A stretch of 64,000 nucleotides of DNA from Candidatus Bathyarchaeia archaeon (GTDB lineage Archaea; Thermoproteota; Bathyarchaeia; Bathyarchaeales; Bathycorpusculaceae). The notes beneath the pieces were generated by a model that was not told the DNA's origin, did not search any database, and saw only the letters and a list, made by a program, of their open reading frames with translations. A program made the position numbers and the translations under genes. This document shows, piece after piece, positions 1 through 9,588 of this stretch. The stretch's first letter is position 1. The number at the start of each line of letters is the position of its first letter. The stretch is from positions 32,001-96,000 of the forward strand of contig JAVZNC010000002.1 in NCBI GenBank assembly GCA_038882955.1, in the 5' to 3' direction.

Positions 1-82
1 TTTGAGAATTTTTTGTTAGTTGCGGTTAAAGGAGAATAGAAAAAGGGGATGTTGCTGGAGAAATCGGCAATGTTTAGTAGAT

Positions 83-106
83 TTGACCGGACTATACTAC
101 CGGAGC
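83..106 (-). tRNA. 5' fragment (positions 1-21) of an archaeal tRNA-Glu; rest of tRNA not in window
   Basis: Minus strand reads GCTCCGG TA GTAT AGTCCGGTCAA: acceptor 5' strand, U8, D-stem 5' strand and D-loop with A14 G15 and G18 G19, as in archaeal tRNA-Glu. Non-tRNA sequence follows. No anticodon is visible, so the isotype is inferred. Confidence 0.65.
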
Positions 107-172
107 TTTTCCAGTAGTACTTTTGGTTTTTGGGTTTTGAAAAAGGGTTTGGAGAAAAGTTTGGAGGTGGTG

Positions 173-2485
173 TTATTTTCGGTTTTGTTTTCTTTTGTAT
201 AGTAGTGTTGTGAGTGTTAGTGCCATTAGCGCTGCTAGCATTATTTGTAGGATGAATTCTGGTATTGTGAATGGCAAGATTATTGTTACTTCTTTGTTTC
301 CATTCATTGTCACGGTTGCGCTGTTGTGGTATCCTTCGTAGTCTGTTTCTATCGTGTATGGTCCAAATTCGTATTCTATACCAGTTGCGTTGACAATTTT
401 TTCTAGCAGAGTGAAGACTGCCCAGCCGTTTGATTGTGTTTTGCCATAAGCGACGGTGCCAAATCCCGAGGCGGTTATTGTCACGTTTGCGTTCGGGACA
501 TCGTTTGGAGGTTGGGCTTGGTCTATCACGTGTATATTTAGCCACCAGCCTACGTAGAGCTTGGCGTTATTGGAAATGTTTGGAGTGGTGTGTATTGTTG
601 CGTTGAAAGCCCAGACTTTTGAGTCACCATACAAGTACAGGTAATATGTTTCTGTATTTTCTAGATAGCAACTAGCGTATTCATTTGTGCATATGAAGAC
701 GGTGACTTTTGAATCGTAAATTCCAGCCTTTGTTGACTCGTAGAAGTAGAGATTAAGGAGCGTGGATCTGAAGATTGTTATGTTTGAGGAGCCATAGCTG
801 CTTAAACCTAATCCGTCAGCAATGCATGTTTCGCTTATTGTTATGTTTGGGGCATAACCTGTCGGGCAGACGTTAACCGAGCAGTTTTCCAGAAAATTCC
901 AGTAGTTTATGTATCCTGGTTCTAAATTCGCCATTGTGACGTTTGCAGAAGACACTGTTATGGTTATCCAGTCGTTTATTGTGCAGTTAGACAGAACACA
1001 TTCTGCGTTGTTGAAGACTGCCACGCTTCTGTCTATTGTGCAGTTAACAGCAGAAACTTTCGCGTAATTGTAAGCGTACAAATTTCTTTGCAGCACTGAG
1101 TTAGTGATGTTTGCTGACGAGTAGTGCAGGAAGGTGAGGATGTAAGCGTTCGTTAATAGCCCATCTATTGTTGCTGTGCTATTTTCTTCAAAGTTTATCA
1201 TAAATGAATAATATGATGTTATGTTACTGTTTTCCGCTATTAGTCTAGCGCTTCCTCGGCACGTCATTGTGAACTGGTCATTACTTGTTTGTGTGAAGTT
1301 TATCCACGCATCACGCAGTATTAGCGTCGCGTTTTCTTCGGCTATTATGCTTCCGTTGAGGTTAAGCAGTCCATTAACGCATAAACATTCGTTGTCTTTG
1401 AGAATTATGTCTCCATTGTAGCTTGCGGGGTAATTGTAAAATACGTTTAATTTTACTTCTATTTCCGTATTGCCGTACATGTTTACTGATGTTGAATTTG
1501 AGCATTTCATATAGTAAGCAACAACTGTGTATGCTCCAGTCCAGTAAAAGCCTGTTTCGTTGACGAAACCCTTCATTAACGCTAACCGCGCCTTTCCATC
1601 AATTTCGGTTAGCTTTGAATCCATTAGAACGTTTTCAGAGTCGTATGCGGTTACGTTTGCTGACGGAACATCTTGCCCAACAAGGTCTGTTACGTGAACA
1701 TCAAGGTAGTAATATAAATAGGCAATAGAACTGTCGTATACTGCTCCATTAGTAATTGTTGTGTTAAAAAGCCATACTCTCGCATTATCATATAATGTTG
1801 CATTGGTAAAAACCGAATCGTAAATGTAGCATTTTGAATTATGACATGCTTCCGCGTTGCTTACCTCACAATTTAAAATCGTGAGTTCAGAGTTGACGCT
1901 AGCGGAGATTTCATCGAAAATTTCTGTGCCACTTATAGTAGCCTTCGCATTACCACTCAAGAAAACATAATTTATCCAAGCATTTGTCATGTGGAGAACT
2001 GCGTTAGCGTAAACATAAATGCTCCAAAATTCGGATTCAGTGATGTTGGCAAAAGAAGAGTCAAAGAAATTAAAAATGACCCTGTCAGGAGTAGCTGCTT
2101 GATAAGCCTCTAACGTGCTGTTGCCGTAAAAATACAGCATTAAAGCATAGCCATTTCCTGCTATGCCGCTGTAATTTTCAATTATGAGTCGCGGGTTTCC
2201 ATTGGCTGGGTTTTTAAGTGTCACGTTAAATTGGCTGCTGTATTGTTGTGTGAAGTTTATGCCTCCATGGTTGCGTATTATCAGCGTGGCGTTTTCTGTT
2301 ATGATTATGCTGCCGTTTATGTGGAGGATTTGATTTTCGATGATGGTGACGTTGTTTCCGCTAAGTATCAAGTCTCCTTCGTGGAATATATCTGCAGCTC
2401 TAACAGATGGAACATTCATGTTCGAAATAACCGTCAAAGACAAGAATAAGGAGACAATGGCAAAAAGTGCAGCGTACTTTCTCAT
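173..2485 (-). CDS. Secreted surface protein with two beta-helix + Ig/carboxypeptidase-regulatory-like modules and PEF-CTERM-like tail
   Basis: Signal peptide MRKYAALFAIVSLFLSL; internal duplication; many NxS/T sequons; C-terminal IPEF + hydrophobic helix + KRKQNRK. Confidence 0.7.
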   Translation of the reverse strand: MRKYAALFAIVSLFLSLTVISNMNVPSVRAADIFHEGDLILSGNNVTIIENQILHINGSIIITENATLIIRNHGGINFTQQYSSQFNVTLKNPANGNPRLIIENYSGIAGNGYALMLYFYGNSTLEAYQAATPDRVIFNFFDSSFANITESEFWSIYVYANAVLHMTNAWINYVFLSGNAKATISGTEIFDEISASVNSELTILNCEVSNAEACHNSKCYIYDSVFTNATLYDNARVWLFNTTITNGAVYDSSIAYLYYYLDVHVTDLVGQDVPSANVTAYDSENVLMDSKLTEIDGKARLALMKGFVNETGFYWTGAYTVVAYYMKCSNSTSVNMYGNTEIEVKLNVFYNYPASYNGDIILKDNECLCVNGLLNLNGSIIAEENATLILRDAWINFTQTSNDQFTMTCRGSARLIAENSNITSYYSFMINFEENSTATIDGLLTNAYILTFLHYSSANITNSVLQRNLYAYNYAKVSAVNCTIDRSVAVFNNAECVLSNCTINDWITITVSSANVTMANLEPGYINYWNFLENCSVNVCPTGYAPNITISETCIADGLGLSSYGSSNITIFRSTLLNLYFYESTKAGIYDSKVTVFICTNEYASCYLENTETYYLYLYGDSKVWAFNATIHTTPNISNNAKLYVGWWLNIHVIDQAQPPNDVPNANVTITASGFGTVAYGKTQSNGWAVFTLLEKIVNATGIEYEFGPYTIETDYEGYHNSATVTMNGNKEVTIILPFTIPEFILQIMLAALMALTLTTLLYKRKQNRK

Positions 2486-2621
2486 TTTTACCACCATTTC
2501 TTTCAATTTTCCCACTTTTTCAAAAATTTCCGTATATATGCTTTATGAATTATTACTATGAGGCGAACTCAAAATCGGGAACAGATTGCGAGCAGAAAAA
2601 GGGGATTATTTAAAAATTGGT

Positions 2622-4274
2622 TTAGTATTCTTCGCTTTCGCCTTCACCTGGCGGTTTTTCTGGTCCCTTCTCTTCTTTTGGTTTTGTTGCCGCTATCACG
2701 TCGTCTATACGCAGTATCATTGAAGCGGATTCTGCGGCGCTTTTTACTGCTTGCTCCTTCACGACTAATGGTTCAACTACGCCGTTTTCGCGCATGTTTT
2801 CAACTTTCCCTGTGAAGACGTTTACGCCCATGTGCGCGCCGTCTTTTTTCTCGTGGTTCGCTCTCAGTTCCACAATTATGTCTATTGGTTCCAGCCCAGC
2901 GTTTTCAGCCAGCGTTTTTGGTATTATTTCTATTGCGTCTGCAAAGGCTTCTATGGCTAGTTGTTCGCGTCCGCCGACTTTTGTGGCGTAGTCGCGGAGT
3001 TCCTTTGCTATTTCAATTTCCACTGCGCCTCCACCCGCGACGATTTTGTTGTTTTCGATAACGTCTGAAACCACTGATAGGGCGTCTGTTAGGGCTCTTT
3101 CTGCCTCGTCAACCATTCTTTCGAGTCCAGCGCGTATGAGTATCGCCACTGAACGTGGGTCTCGACATTTTTCCACGAAAATCATTTTGTCTTCGCCGAT
3201 TTTTCGCTCTTCAACCAGCCCAGCTTCGCCGAGATCTTGCCTTGTTAGGTCATCTAGGTCTGTGATTATTCTTCCGCCTGTTGCTCTTGCAAGTTTCTCC
3301 ATGTCTGACTGTTTTACGCGTCTGGCTGCGAGTATTCCTTCTTTTGCTAGGAAGTGTTGCGCCATGTCATCTATGCCTTTTTGGCAGAAGACCACGTTTG
3401 CGCCTGAAGCCTTTATTTTGTCAACCATTTCTTTGAGCATCTTTGTTTCTTGGTCCAGGAAGGCTTTCATTTGGGTTGGGTCGCGTATGCGGATTTCTGC
3501 GCTGAACTCTGTCTTTTCAATTTCTAGTGGGCAGTCCAAGAGTGCAATTTTCGCGTTTTCCACTTTTTTGGGCATTCCTGGGTGGACGACTTCCTTGTCT
3601 ATTATTAAGCCTCTGACGAGTTGGGATTCGAAGAGGCTTTTTCCGGTTTTCTTTATGATTTGGATGTTGTCTATGTCTGCGACCATGCGTTCTCCGCGTT
3701 TTTCTGCTATTTGCTTGACTGCGTCTATGGCTATTTCTGCTAGGTGCTCTTTTGCTGGTCCAACGGCTTTGCTTGACATTGATGTTAATGCTACTTTTTT
3801 GAGTGTTTCTCTGTCTTCGATGTCCACTGGCGTGGCGATTTTGTTTATTACTTCCATTGCTTTTTGGGCTGCTTTGCGGTAGCCGCTTACGATTATTGTT
3901 GGGTGTATGTTTTGGTCAAGGAGCTCTTCTGCCTTCTTGAGTAGTTCGCCGGCCAAAACTACGGCTGTTGTTGTTCCGTCTCCAACCATGTCGTCTTGGG
4001 TTTTTGCTATTTCAACCATCATTTTTGCTGCTGGGTGCTCCACTTCTATTTCGTCTAGGATTGCTGCGCCGTCGTTGGTTATTGTTATGTCGCCTAGGCT
4101 GTCGATGAGCATTTTGTCCATTCCGCGTGGTCCAAGTGTGGTTTTTAGGACTTCGCCTATGATGCGTGCTGCCATTATGTTGTTTCTTTGGGCTTCTCTT
4201 CCTCGGCTACGGGTTGTTCCTTCTTTTAGGATGAGTACTGGTTGTCCCGACTGTGTTGTTGTTAAGTAAGCCAT
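2622..4274 (-). CDS. ths: Thermosome (group II chaperonin) subunit
   Basis: [34 protein letters not shown] motifs; GGAGG SD before ATG 4274. Confidence 0.97.
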   Translation of the reverse strand: MAYLTTTQSGQPVLILKEGTTRSRGREAQRNNIMAARIIGEVLKTTLGPRGMDKMLIDSLGDITITNDGAAILDEIEVEHPAAKMMVEIAKTQDDMVGDGTTTAVVLAGELLKKAEELLDQNIHPTIIVSGYRKAAQKAMEVINKIATPVDIEDRETLKKVALTSMSSKAVGPAKEHLAEIAIDAVKQIAEKRGERMVADIDNIQIIKKTGKSLFESQLVRGLIIDKEVVHPGMPKKVENAKIALLDCPLEIEKTEFSAEIRIRDPTQMKAFLDQETKMLKEMVDKIKASGANVVFCQKGIDDMAQHFLAKEGILAARRVKQSDMEKLARATGGRIITDLDDLTRQDLGEAGLVEERKIGEDKMIFVEKCRDPRSVAILIRAGLERMVDEAERALTDALSVVSDVIENNKIVAGGGAVEIEIAKELRDYATKVGGREQLAIEAFADAIEIIPKTLAENAGLEPIDIIVELRANHEKKDGAHMGVNVFTGKVENMRENGVVEPLVVKEQAVKSAAESASMILRIDDVIAATKPKEEKGPEKPPGEGESEEY

Positions 4275-4434
4275 ACAAGGTTCCTCCAATTACTTTAGAA
4301 TGTTTTTCAGCTATTCCGATAACCAAAATGCACTAAAATATAAACTTTTACCCAGCTTTTTGGCGGAACGCATACATTTTTCTGTAACAGTTAAATTTAT
4401 GACTTGCACGGATACTTTCTTGAGGGTTTGCGCC

Positions 4435-4728
4435 ATGCGGGTTTCGGTGCGTTTCTTCACAAGCCTAAGAGAGATTGTTGGTAAGCGAGAAGAAACTTTA
4501 GAGTTTTCCGATGGCGAAAGGGTTACGGTGAATACTGTTCTTAAGCGGTTGAGTGAGCGTTATGGAAAGGATTTTGATGATTACCTTTATGATGGTAAGA
4601 CTGGCGAGGTTAAGGGTTTCTTGCAGTTTCTAATTAATGGCAGAAGCGCTTCTACGCTTAAGGGTTTGGAGACTGAACTTTCTGATGGGGATGTTTTGGC
4701 AATAATTCCGCCAGTGGGCGGCGGATAA
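4435..4728 (+). CDS. Ubiquitin-like small archaeal modifier protein (SAMP / MoaD-ThiS family)
   Basis: MRVSVRFFTSLREIVG...LING...LSDGDVLAIIPPVGGG with C-terminal di-glycine. Confidence 0.9.
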   Translation: MRVSVRFFTSLREIVGKREETLEFSDGERVTVNTVLKRLSERYGKDFDDYLYDGKTGEVKGFLQFLINGRSASTLKGLETELSDGDVLAIIPPVGGG

Positions 4729-4826
4729 CCTTAGGAATTTGGATTGTTTTTCAGTTTTATTTTCTCTACCCTCTCCCTCTATAGGTTTTTAGGCTTGTTT
4801 TGCTTTTTTTCATTTTTGAGTTTGTT

Positions 4827-5939
4827 ATGGGAAAATGCAAAGTTTGCGGCGAAGAATCGCCTATAATCTCTGATGGTGTTGGCGTCTGCCTAAAATGTAT
4901 TAGGGAAAAGCCTCAACAAGCCTTGGAAATTACTAAGCGCGTTCACGCTGAAAGCCGCGGTGGTTTTGGTTTGCCGGCTGAACCACCGCGTGATTCTGGT
5001 GGACTTGCGTGTGGTGTCTGCGCCAACAACTGTGTTATTGGTGTTGGCAAGTGTGGTTTTTGTGGGCTTGTTTGGAATGTTGGTGGGCGTTTGGTACGTT
5101 TTGGCGGCACGGCGGAAAAGGGCGTTTTAGAATGGTATTATGATGGTTTGCCAACCAACTGCGTTAGCTGGTGGTTTTGTCCCGGCTGCACTGGCGCTGG
5201 TTATCCGCGTTTTGCTTATGCGCCAGAAGCCGAGTACGGCTACGCGAATTTGGCTGTTTTTTACGGCGCTTGCAGCTACGACTGCCTATACTGTCAGAAC
5301 TGGCATTATCGTAGGCTTTCTGTTAAGCATAAGCCCGTCTTGAGCGCTGCCGATTTAGCCTCAAAAGTGGATAAGCATGTTTCGTGCATATGCTATTTTG
5401 GCGGTGACCCTTCGCCGCAGATGCCCCATTCGCTTGAAACGAGCCGTTTGGCTTTGGAGAAGGCGAAAGCTGAAAAGCGTATTTTGCGTGTTTGCTGGGA
5501 AACCAATGGCTACATGAACACGCAGTTGGCTGAAAGGGCAGCGGAGTACGCGCTTGAAAGCGGCGGCAACATAAAATTCGACTTAAAAGCGTACAGCGAA
5601 GAACTATCAATTGCGCTATGCGGCGTGTCCAACAAGCCTTCGCTTGAGAACTTTCGTCTAATAGGAGAAAAATACTACAGCAAGCGCGAAGAACTGCCAG
5701 TGCTAACGGCGAGCACTTTGCTTGTGCCAGGCTACGTGGACGCTGAGGAAGTGGAGAAAATAGCGCAGTTCATAAGCCAAGTAAACCCGAATATTCCGTA
5801 CACGCTTTTGGCTTTTTATCCATGCTACTTGATGAATGATTTGCCAACAACCAGCAAAAAACAAGCCCTAGAATGCCAAAAAACAGCACAAAAACACCTA
5901 AAAAACACACAAATAGGAAACATACACCTGCTAACATGA
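4827..5939 (+). CDS. Radical SAM protein (PflA-like / AmmeMemoRadiSam-like)
   Basis: CSYDCLYCQN (CxxxCxxC), FGGDP, ETNG, DLKA; extra N-terminal Cys clusters. Confidence 0.85.
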   Translation: MGKCKVCGEESPIISDGVGVCLKCIREKPQQALEITKRVHAESRGGFGLPAEPPRDSGGLACGVCANNCVIGVGKCGFCGLVWNVGGRLVRFGGTAEKGVLEWYYDGLPTNCVSWWFCPGCTGAGYPRFAYAPEAEYGYANLAVFYGACSYDCLYCQNWHYRRLSVKHKPVLSAADLASKVDKHVSCICYFGGDPSPQMPHSLETSRLALEKAKAEKRILRVCWETNGYMNTQLAERAAEYALESGGNIKFDLKAYSEELSIALCGVSNKPSLENFRLIGEKYYSKREELPVLTASTLLVPGYVDAEEVEKIAQFISQVNPNIPYTLLAFYPCYLMNDLPTTSKKQALECQKTAQKHLKNTQIGNIHLLT

Positions 5940-6017
5940 ATGCAATTGAATAATATTTATTGATACAGAATACTTTTTTACTTCCTATTGAGTTTAATGG
6001 GTAGGAGGTAAAATAGC

Positions 6018-6245
6018 TTGAAAGAGATTCGTATTCGGTGGATTAAAAGAAATGACCCTAAACGTTTACCGTATGGTTGCGTTTGGGTCGTCAAGGTTCC
6101 TGAAAATATGTGGCCGGAAGTTTCCAAATGGTATAAAAGATACATAAGTCGTTCCGGAGTCTCGGAAAAACATCATCGCATATGGGTTCGGACACTTGGT
6201 CATCTAATGGATTTGATACGAAAAATAACCGAAATCTCTGAATAA
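6018..6245 (+). CDS. Small basic hypothetical protein
   Basis: 75-aa ORF with AGGAGGT SD just upstream of the TTG start. Confidence 0.55.
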   Translation: MKEIRIRWIKRNDPKRLPYGCVWVVKVPENMWPEVSKWYKRYISRSGVSEKHHRIWVRTLGHLMDLIRKITEISE

Positions 6246-6325
6246 TTTTTACCTGATTGAATGTAGTTATTGGATAGAAAAAAGTTTAAATATTTAGTAA
6301 TACTTGGTTTATTTGGTTGGTGTAT

Positions 6326-7000
6326 ATGGGAAAAATTGGAAAATACGATTATCCGGATGTATCCTTAAGCGAGTCAATAAAAGATGCCAAAAAAATTTAT
6401 GACCGATTTAAAGACGAGGCTGTGGATGCCACTCTTATATCCGAAACAATCGGTTATAAAGGAGGTACTTTTTTTCAAAGGCTATCTTCTTTAAGAAAAT
6501 ATGGGTTGGTAACAAGTAAAGGTAAAGTAGGAATAACCGAGTTGGGCAAAAGGATAACATATCCTGCCAACAAGGATGAGGAGTTGGAGGCTATAAAAGA
6601 GGCTATAGGAAATGTAGAATTGTTTAGAGCCCTTTATGAGAAATTTGATTTGCAATTACCAAAAGAAAAGTTTTGGGTAAATCTTGTAAGTATAACTGGT
6701 GCGGAAGCTCCGGATGCGCAGGCTAAAGCCGACGTTATCCGGAAAATTTTTGAAGAGTCAGTAGCTCCATTAGCAGTAAAGCCTGAAAAGGCAAGGGAAA
6801 TAACTCCTTCAAAAATCATAGGTCAGCCAGATTTTGCTGTATTTGAGACCGATGATTTTGTTATCCGAGTTCGCAAGGACTTAAATTCAATAAGGTTCGT
6901 CAAGGAGCAACTAATGGAAACTATTAAACATTGGTTAGATCACGTTGAATATAAAGTAAAAGTTGAATCTAAGGAAAGCTCTGGTGAAAAAAATGCCTAA
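6326..7000 (+). CDS. Hypothetical winged-helix-like protein
   Basis: YPDVSLSESIKDAKKIY...RLSSLRKYGLV...GITELGKRI pattern typical of wHTH wings; stop overlaps the NYN start. Confidence 0.6.
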   Translation: MGKIGKYDYPDVSLSESIKDAKKIYDRFKDEAVDATLISETIGYKGGTFFQRLSSLRKYGLVTSKGKVGITELGKRITYPANKDEELEAIKEAIGNVELFRALYEKFDLQLPKEKFWVNLVSITGAEAPDAQAKADVIRKIFEESVAPLAVKPEKAREITPSKIIGQPDFAVFETDDFVIRVRKDLNSIRFVKEQLMETIKHWLDHVEYKVKVESKESSGEKNA

Positions 7001-7568
7001 GAAATTGATGATTTTCATAGATGGGCAAAACTTGTTCTTCGGCTGTAAAGGTTTTGATAAAGATTTTAAGTACGATATTGATAAACTAGTGGAAGTTTTA
7101 AAGTCACTAGAGCCTGATTGTGAACTAGTTGAAGTTTTTTATTACAGTTCAATTAAGCCACCAGATCCTAGTGTGGAAGAGGATGATAGGCGTTTTCAAA
7201 AGCAACAAAGATTTTATGAAGGATTGAAGTTTAAATATCAAGTTTACATTAAAAGAACAAAAATGAAAGAAATAAAATGTAAACTGTGTGGTCGAACGTT
7301 CTCAGAACCTAAAGAGAAAGGAATAGATGTTGCAGTGGCGACAGATTTTCTGTTGTATGGACTTGTCGGTGAATATGATGTGGCAATAATAGTAAGTGGT
7401 GACTCAGATCTGGCTCCCGTTATTAAAAAACTAAGAGAAAGAAAACCTTCATTAAGAATTTACGTTGCTCAGTTCAAGCATATGGTGGGCGTCGAATTAA
7501 GGCAAGTTTGTCATAAATTCTTTCAGTTAGATGAGATAGCTAAGACCTTTGAGATGGAAGAAAAGTAG
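6993..7568 (+). CDS. NYN/LabA-DUF88 (PIN-like) ribonuclease with CxxC insert
   Basis: IFIDGQN, KEKGIDVAVATD, IVSGDSDL acidic motifs; CKLCG insert; GGTGA SD. Confidence 0.85.
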   Translation: MPKKLMIFIDGQNLFFGCKGFDKDFKYDIDKLVEVLKSLEPDCELVEVFYYSSIKPPDPSVEEDDRRFQKQQRFYEGLKFKYQVYIKRTKMKEIKCKLCGRTFSEPKEKGIDVAVATDFLLYGLVGEYDVAIIVSGDSDLAPVIKKLRERKPSLRIYVAQFKHMVGVELRQVCHKFFQLDEIAKTFEMEEK

Positions 7569-7576
7569 TTGTTATA

Positions 7577-7613
7577 GGTAGGTGATATAACATATTATGT
7601 TATATCACCTACC
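7577..7613. repeat. Perfect 18-bp inverted repeat with 1-nt spacer
   Basis: ggtaggtgatataacata t tatgttatatcacctacc; the arms are exact reverse complements. Confidence 0.95.
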
Positions 7614-7713
7614 GAATTGTTATTCAAAAGTGAATGAGCAAGAACTGTCTTATAAATTTTATGAAGAATTACAAATTAATTTTCGTAAAAGTTAACGAAA
7701 TGATGTTTAATCA

Positions 7714-9495
7714 CTATGTTGTCCAGTGTGGTGTTTTCTTTTTCATTATGTTTACGTACTCGTTTAGTGCTTCCTGCTCTTCCGCTGTCAGCTTGTCTAT
7801 GAACGTTGTCTGCAAAGCCCTTGCGTGTTGTTCTGGCACCTTCACGTACAAAATGTCCTTCTCAAAAATATGCCTACCAACCGTTGGCTTGTCTAGGCTT
7901 ATAGCTACCTGCATACCCTTACTCGCTTCTGAAAGCGCTTGTCCCTTCTCTTGGATTTGCAGTATTTCGCCTATTTCCTCGCCATCCTCCGCTCTTATTA
8001 GCGTTAGTTTTGGCTTTATTTTTCCCGCTAGCACTTCGACGCCTACAATTGCTGGTTTAGCCCTTCTGAAAACGTAGCCTTCCAAAATGCGGATTTTCGC
8101 TGGTTTAACCAGATTCGCAAATTCCTGCTCAATCTTTGCTTCACTTTGCGCTTTAAGCCAAGACAAATAATTATCTATCAAATGATAAATTATTCGTTCT
8201 TGAAAAATCTGTACGCCCTTATTCTTTGCTTCTTCTTCAGCGTCTGGCAAAACCTTAACGTTAAAGGCTAAAATAGCCCCGTAAAATGGCTGGTGCTCCT
8301 TAACAATAGCTGCCTCCGTAACCTCACGCTTTGAAACGTCCCCAACATCAGCCATCCTAATCGGCACATTGTTACGCTTCAAATGTTCGGCAATAGCCTC
8401 CAAAGAACCCAGCGTATCAGCCTTCAAAATAACCCCGTCAACGTCAGTAGCAATCCTTATACGCTCAATCTCTTCGGAAACAGCCCTAACATACTTGTCG
8501 ACGCTTTCGCCCTCGCCAACAGCATACAAAGGCGCCCCAGCTAACGCACCTTCCAAATCAGGCGCGACGATTTTTACACCAGCCGCCGCAGAAACAGAAT
8601 CCACAGAAGAAAAACGGTCACGAGGGTCCCTAATTTCATCAAGCGGTTTAGGCACCAAAATAGCTCTAATCCGCGTTACGATAGGCTTTTCTTTGCCGCC
8701 AACAACAATCAAATCATCTTTGCGTAGTGTTCCATCATAAACAATCGTGTTAAGCGTCAAACCAAGACCAGGCTCCTCCTTGACCTCCAAAACCGTGCCC
8801 TTGGCTGGTCCCTCGGTTGTCTGTAAACGCTTCTTCAAGTACTGCTGCGTCAAACCAACCAAAACCATGAGAAGCTCTGTTATGCCCTCTCCAGTCTTGG
8901 CGCTTGTAGGCACAATAGCCACGGTCTTCGTAAAATCCTTTATATGGTCAAAACGGTCCGCTCTAAAGCCTAAACGCGAAAAAATCCCAATAATGTCATA
9001 AAGCCGGTTATCCAAATCCTCGCGCACGTAAGGGTCCTGCATCTGATAAGCCTTCATGAAAGGCACGTCTGGAAGAGACTTCCAACCTGGAATGCGGTCA
9101 ATCTTGTTAGCAGCAACAAGAAAAGGCGTCTTACGCGCCTTCAAAATCTCAAGACACTCGTAAGTCTGCGCCTCAAAACCACGCAGCACATCAATAACGA
9201 GAATGGCGATGTCGGCAACGCTTCCGCCACGCTTACGCAAATTCGTAAAGGCTTCATGTCCAGGCGTGTCAATGACGAGCAGCCCTGGAATCTCAATTTC
9301 GCCCTTAACCATCGACAAAAGCGGACCAACAAGCTGTTTAAGCGTGTCAACTGGAAAGAAACTGGCGCCGATGTGCTGTGTGATTCCGCCAACTTCCCTA
9401 GCCTGGACGCTTGTCTTACGAATCTTATCCAAAAGCAAAGTCTTACCCGTATCCACATGACCGAGAACGCAAACTATTGGCTGACGAATAGACAT
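7714..9495 (-). CDS. infB: Translation initiation factor aIF5B (IF-2 homolog)
   Basis: RQPIVCVLGHVDTGKT, GGITQHIGA, DTPGHEAF, NKID, KADTLGSLEA. Confidence 0.97.
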   Translation of the reverse strand: MSIRQPIVCVLGHVDTGKTLLLDKIRKTSVQAREVGGITQHIGASFFPVDTLKQLVGPLLSMVKGEIEIPGLLVIDTPGHEAFTNLRKRGGSVADIAILVIDVLRGFEAQTYECLEILKARKTPFLVAANKIDRIPGWKSLPDVPFMKAYQMQDPYVREDLDNRLYDIIGIFSRLGFRADRFDHIKDFTKTVAIVPTSAKTGEGITELLMVLVGLTQQYLKKRLQTTEGPAKGTVLEVKEEPGLGLTLNTIVYDGTLRKDDLIVVGGKEKPIVTRIRAILVPKPLDEIRDPRDRFSSVDSVSAAAGVKIVAPDLEGALAGAPLYAVGEGESVDKYVRAVSEEIERIRIATDVDGVILKADTLGSLEAIAEHLKRNNVPIRMADVGDVSKREVTEAAIVKEHQPFYGAILAFNVKVLPDAEEEAKNKGVQIFQERIIYHLIDNYLSWLKAQSEAKIEQEFANLVKPAKIRILEGYVFRRAKPAIVGVEVLAGKIKPKLTLIRAEDGEEIGEILQIQEKGQALSEASKGMQVAISLDKPTVGRHIFEKDILYVKVPEQHARALQTTFIDKLTAEEQEALNEYVNIMKKKTPHWTT

Positions 9496-9588
9496 GGCAA
9501 ACGCCCTTCTTCATGGTGTCCTTCAAAAATAATGCTGCATACCCTAATAAACACTTTTAAGTCTCAGCGTTCCCACTAGGATTGGACG

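Larger units (their letters stand above)
5940..7710. other. AT-rich accessory insert with three co-oriented genes
   Basis: Visibly more AT-rich than its flanks; non-housekeeping genes between the radical SAM gene and infB. No integrase or terminal repeats seen. Confidence 0.55.

Noticed and set aside
20-202. 60-aa plus-strand ORF
   Set aside because: Antisense to the tRNA fragment and to the end of the surface-protein gene; low-complexity, with no recognisable motif.
3046-3882. Long plus-strand ORF (and the similar one at 24535-25413)
   Set aside because: Antisense shadows of the thermosome genes; Ser-rich with no motifs.
4765-4786. ctaccctctccctctatagg, similar to ctaccccctctag near 44788
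   Set aside because: Only two short, low-complexity, imperfect copies; not enough to call a repeat family or ORB.
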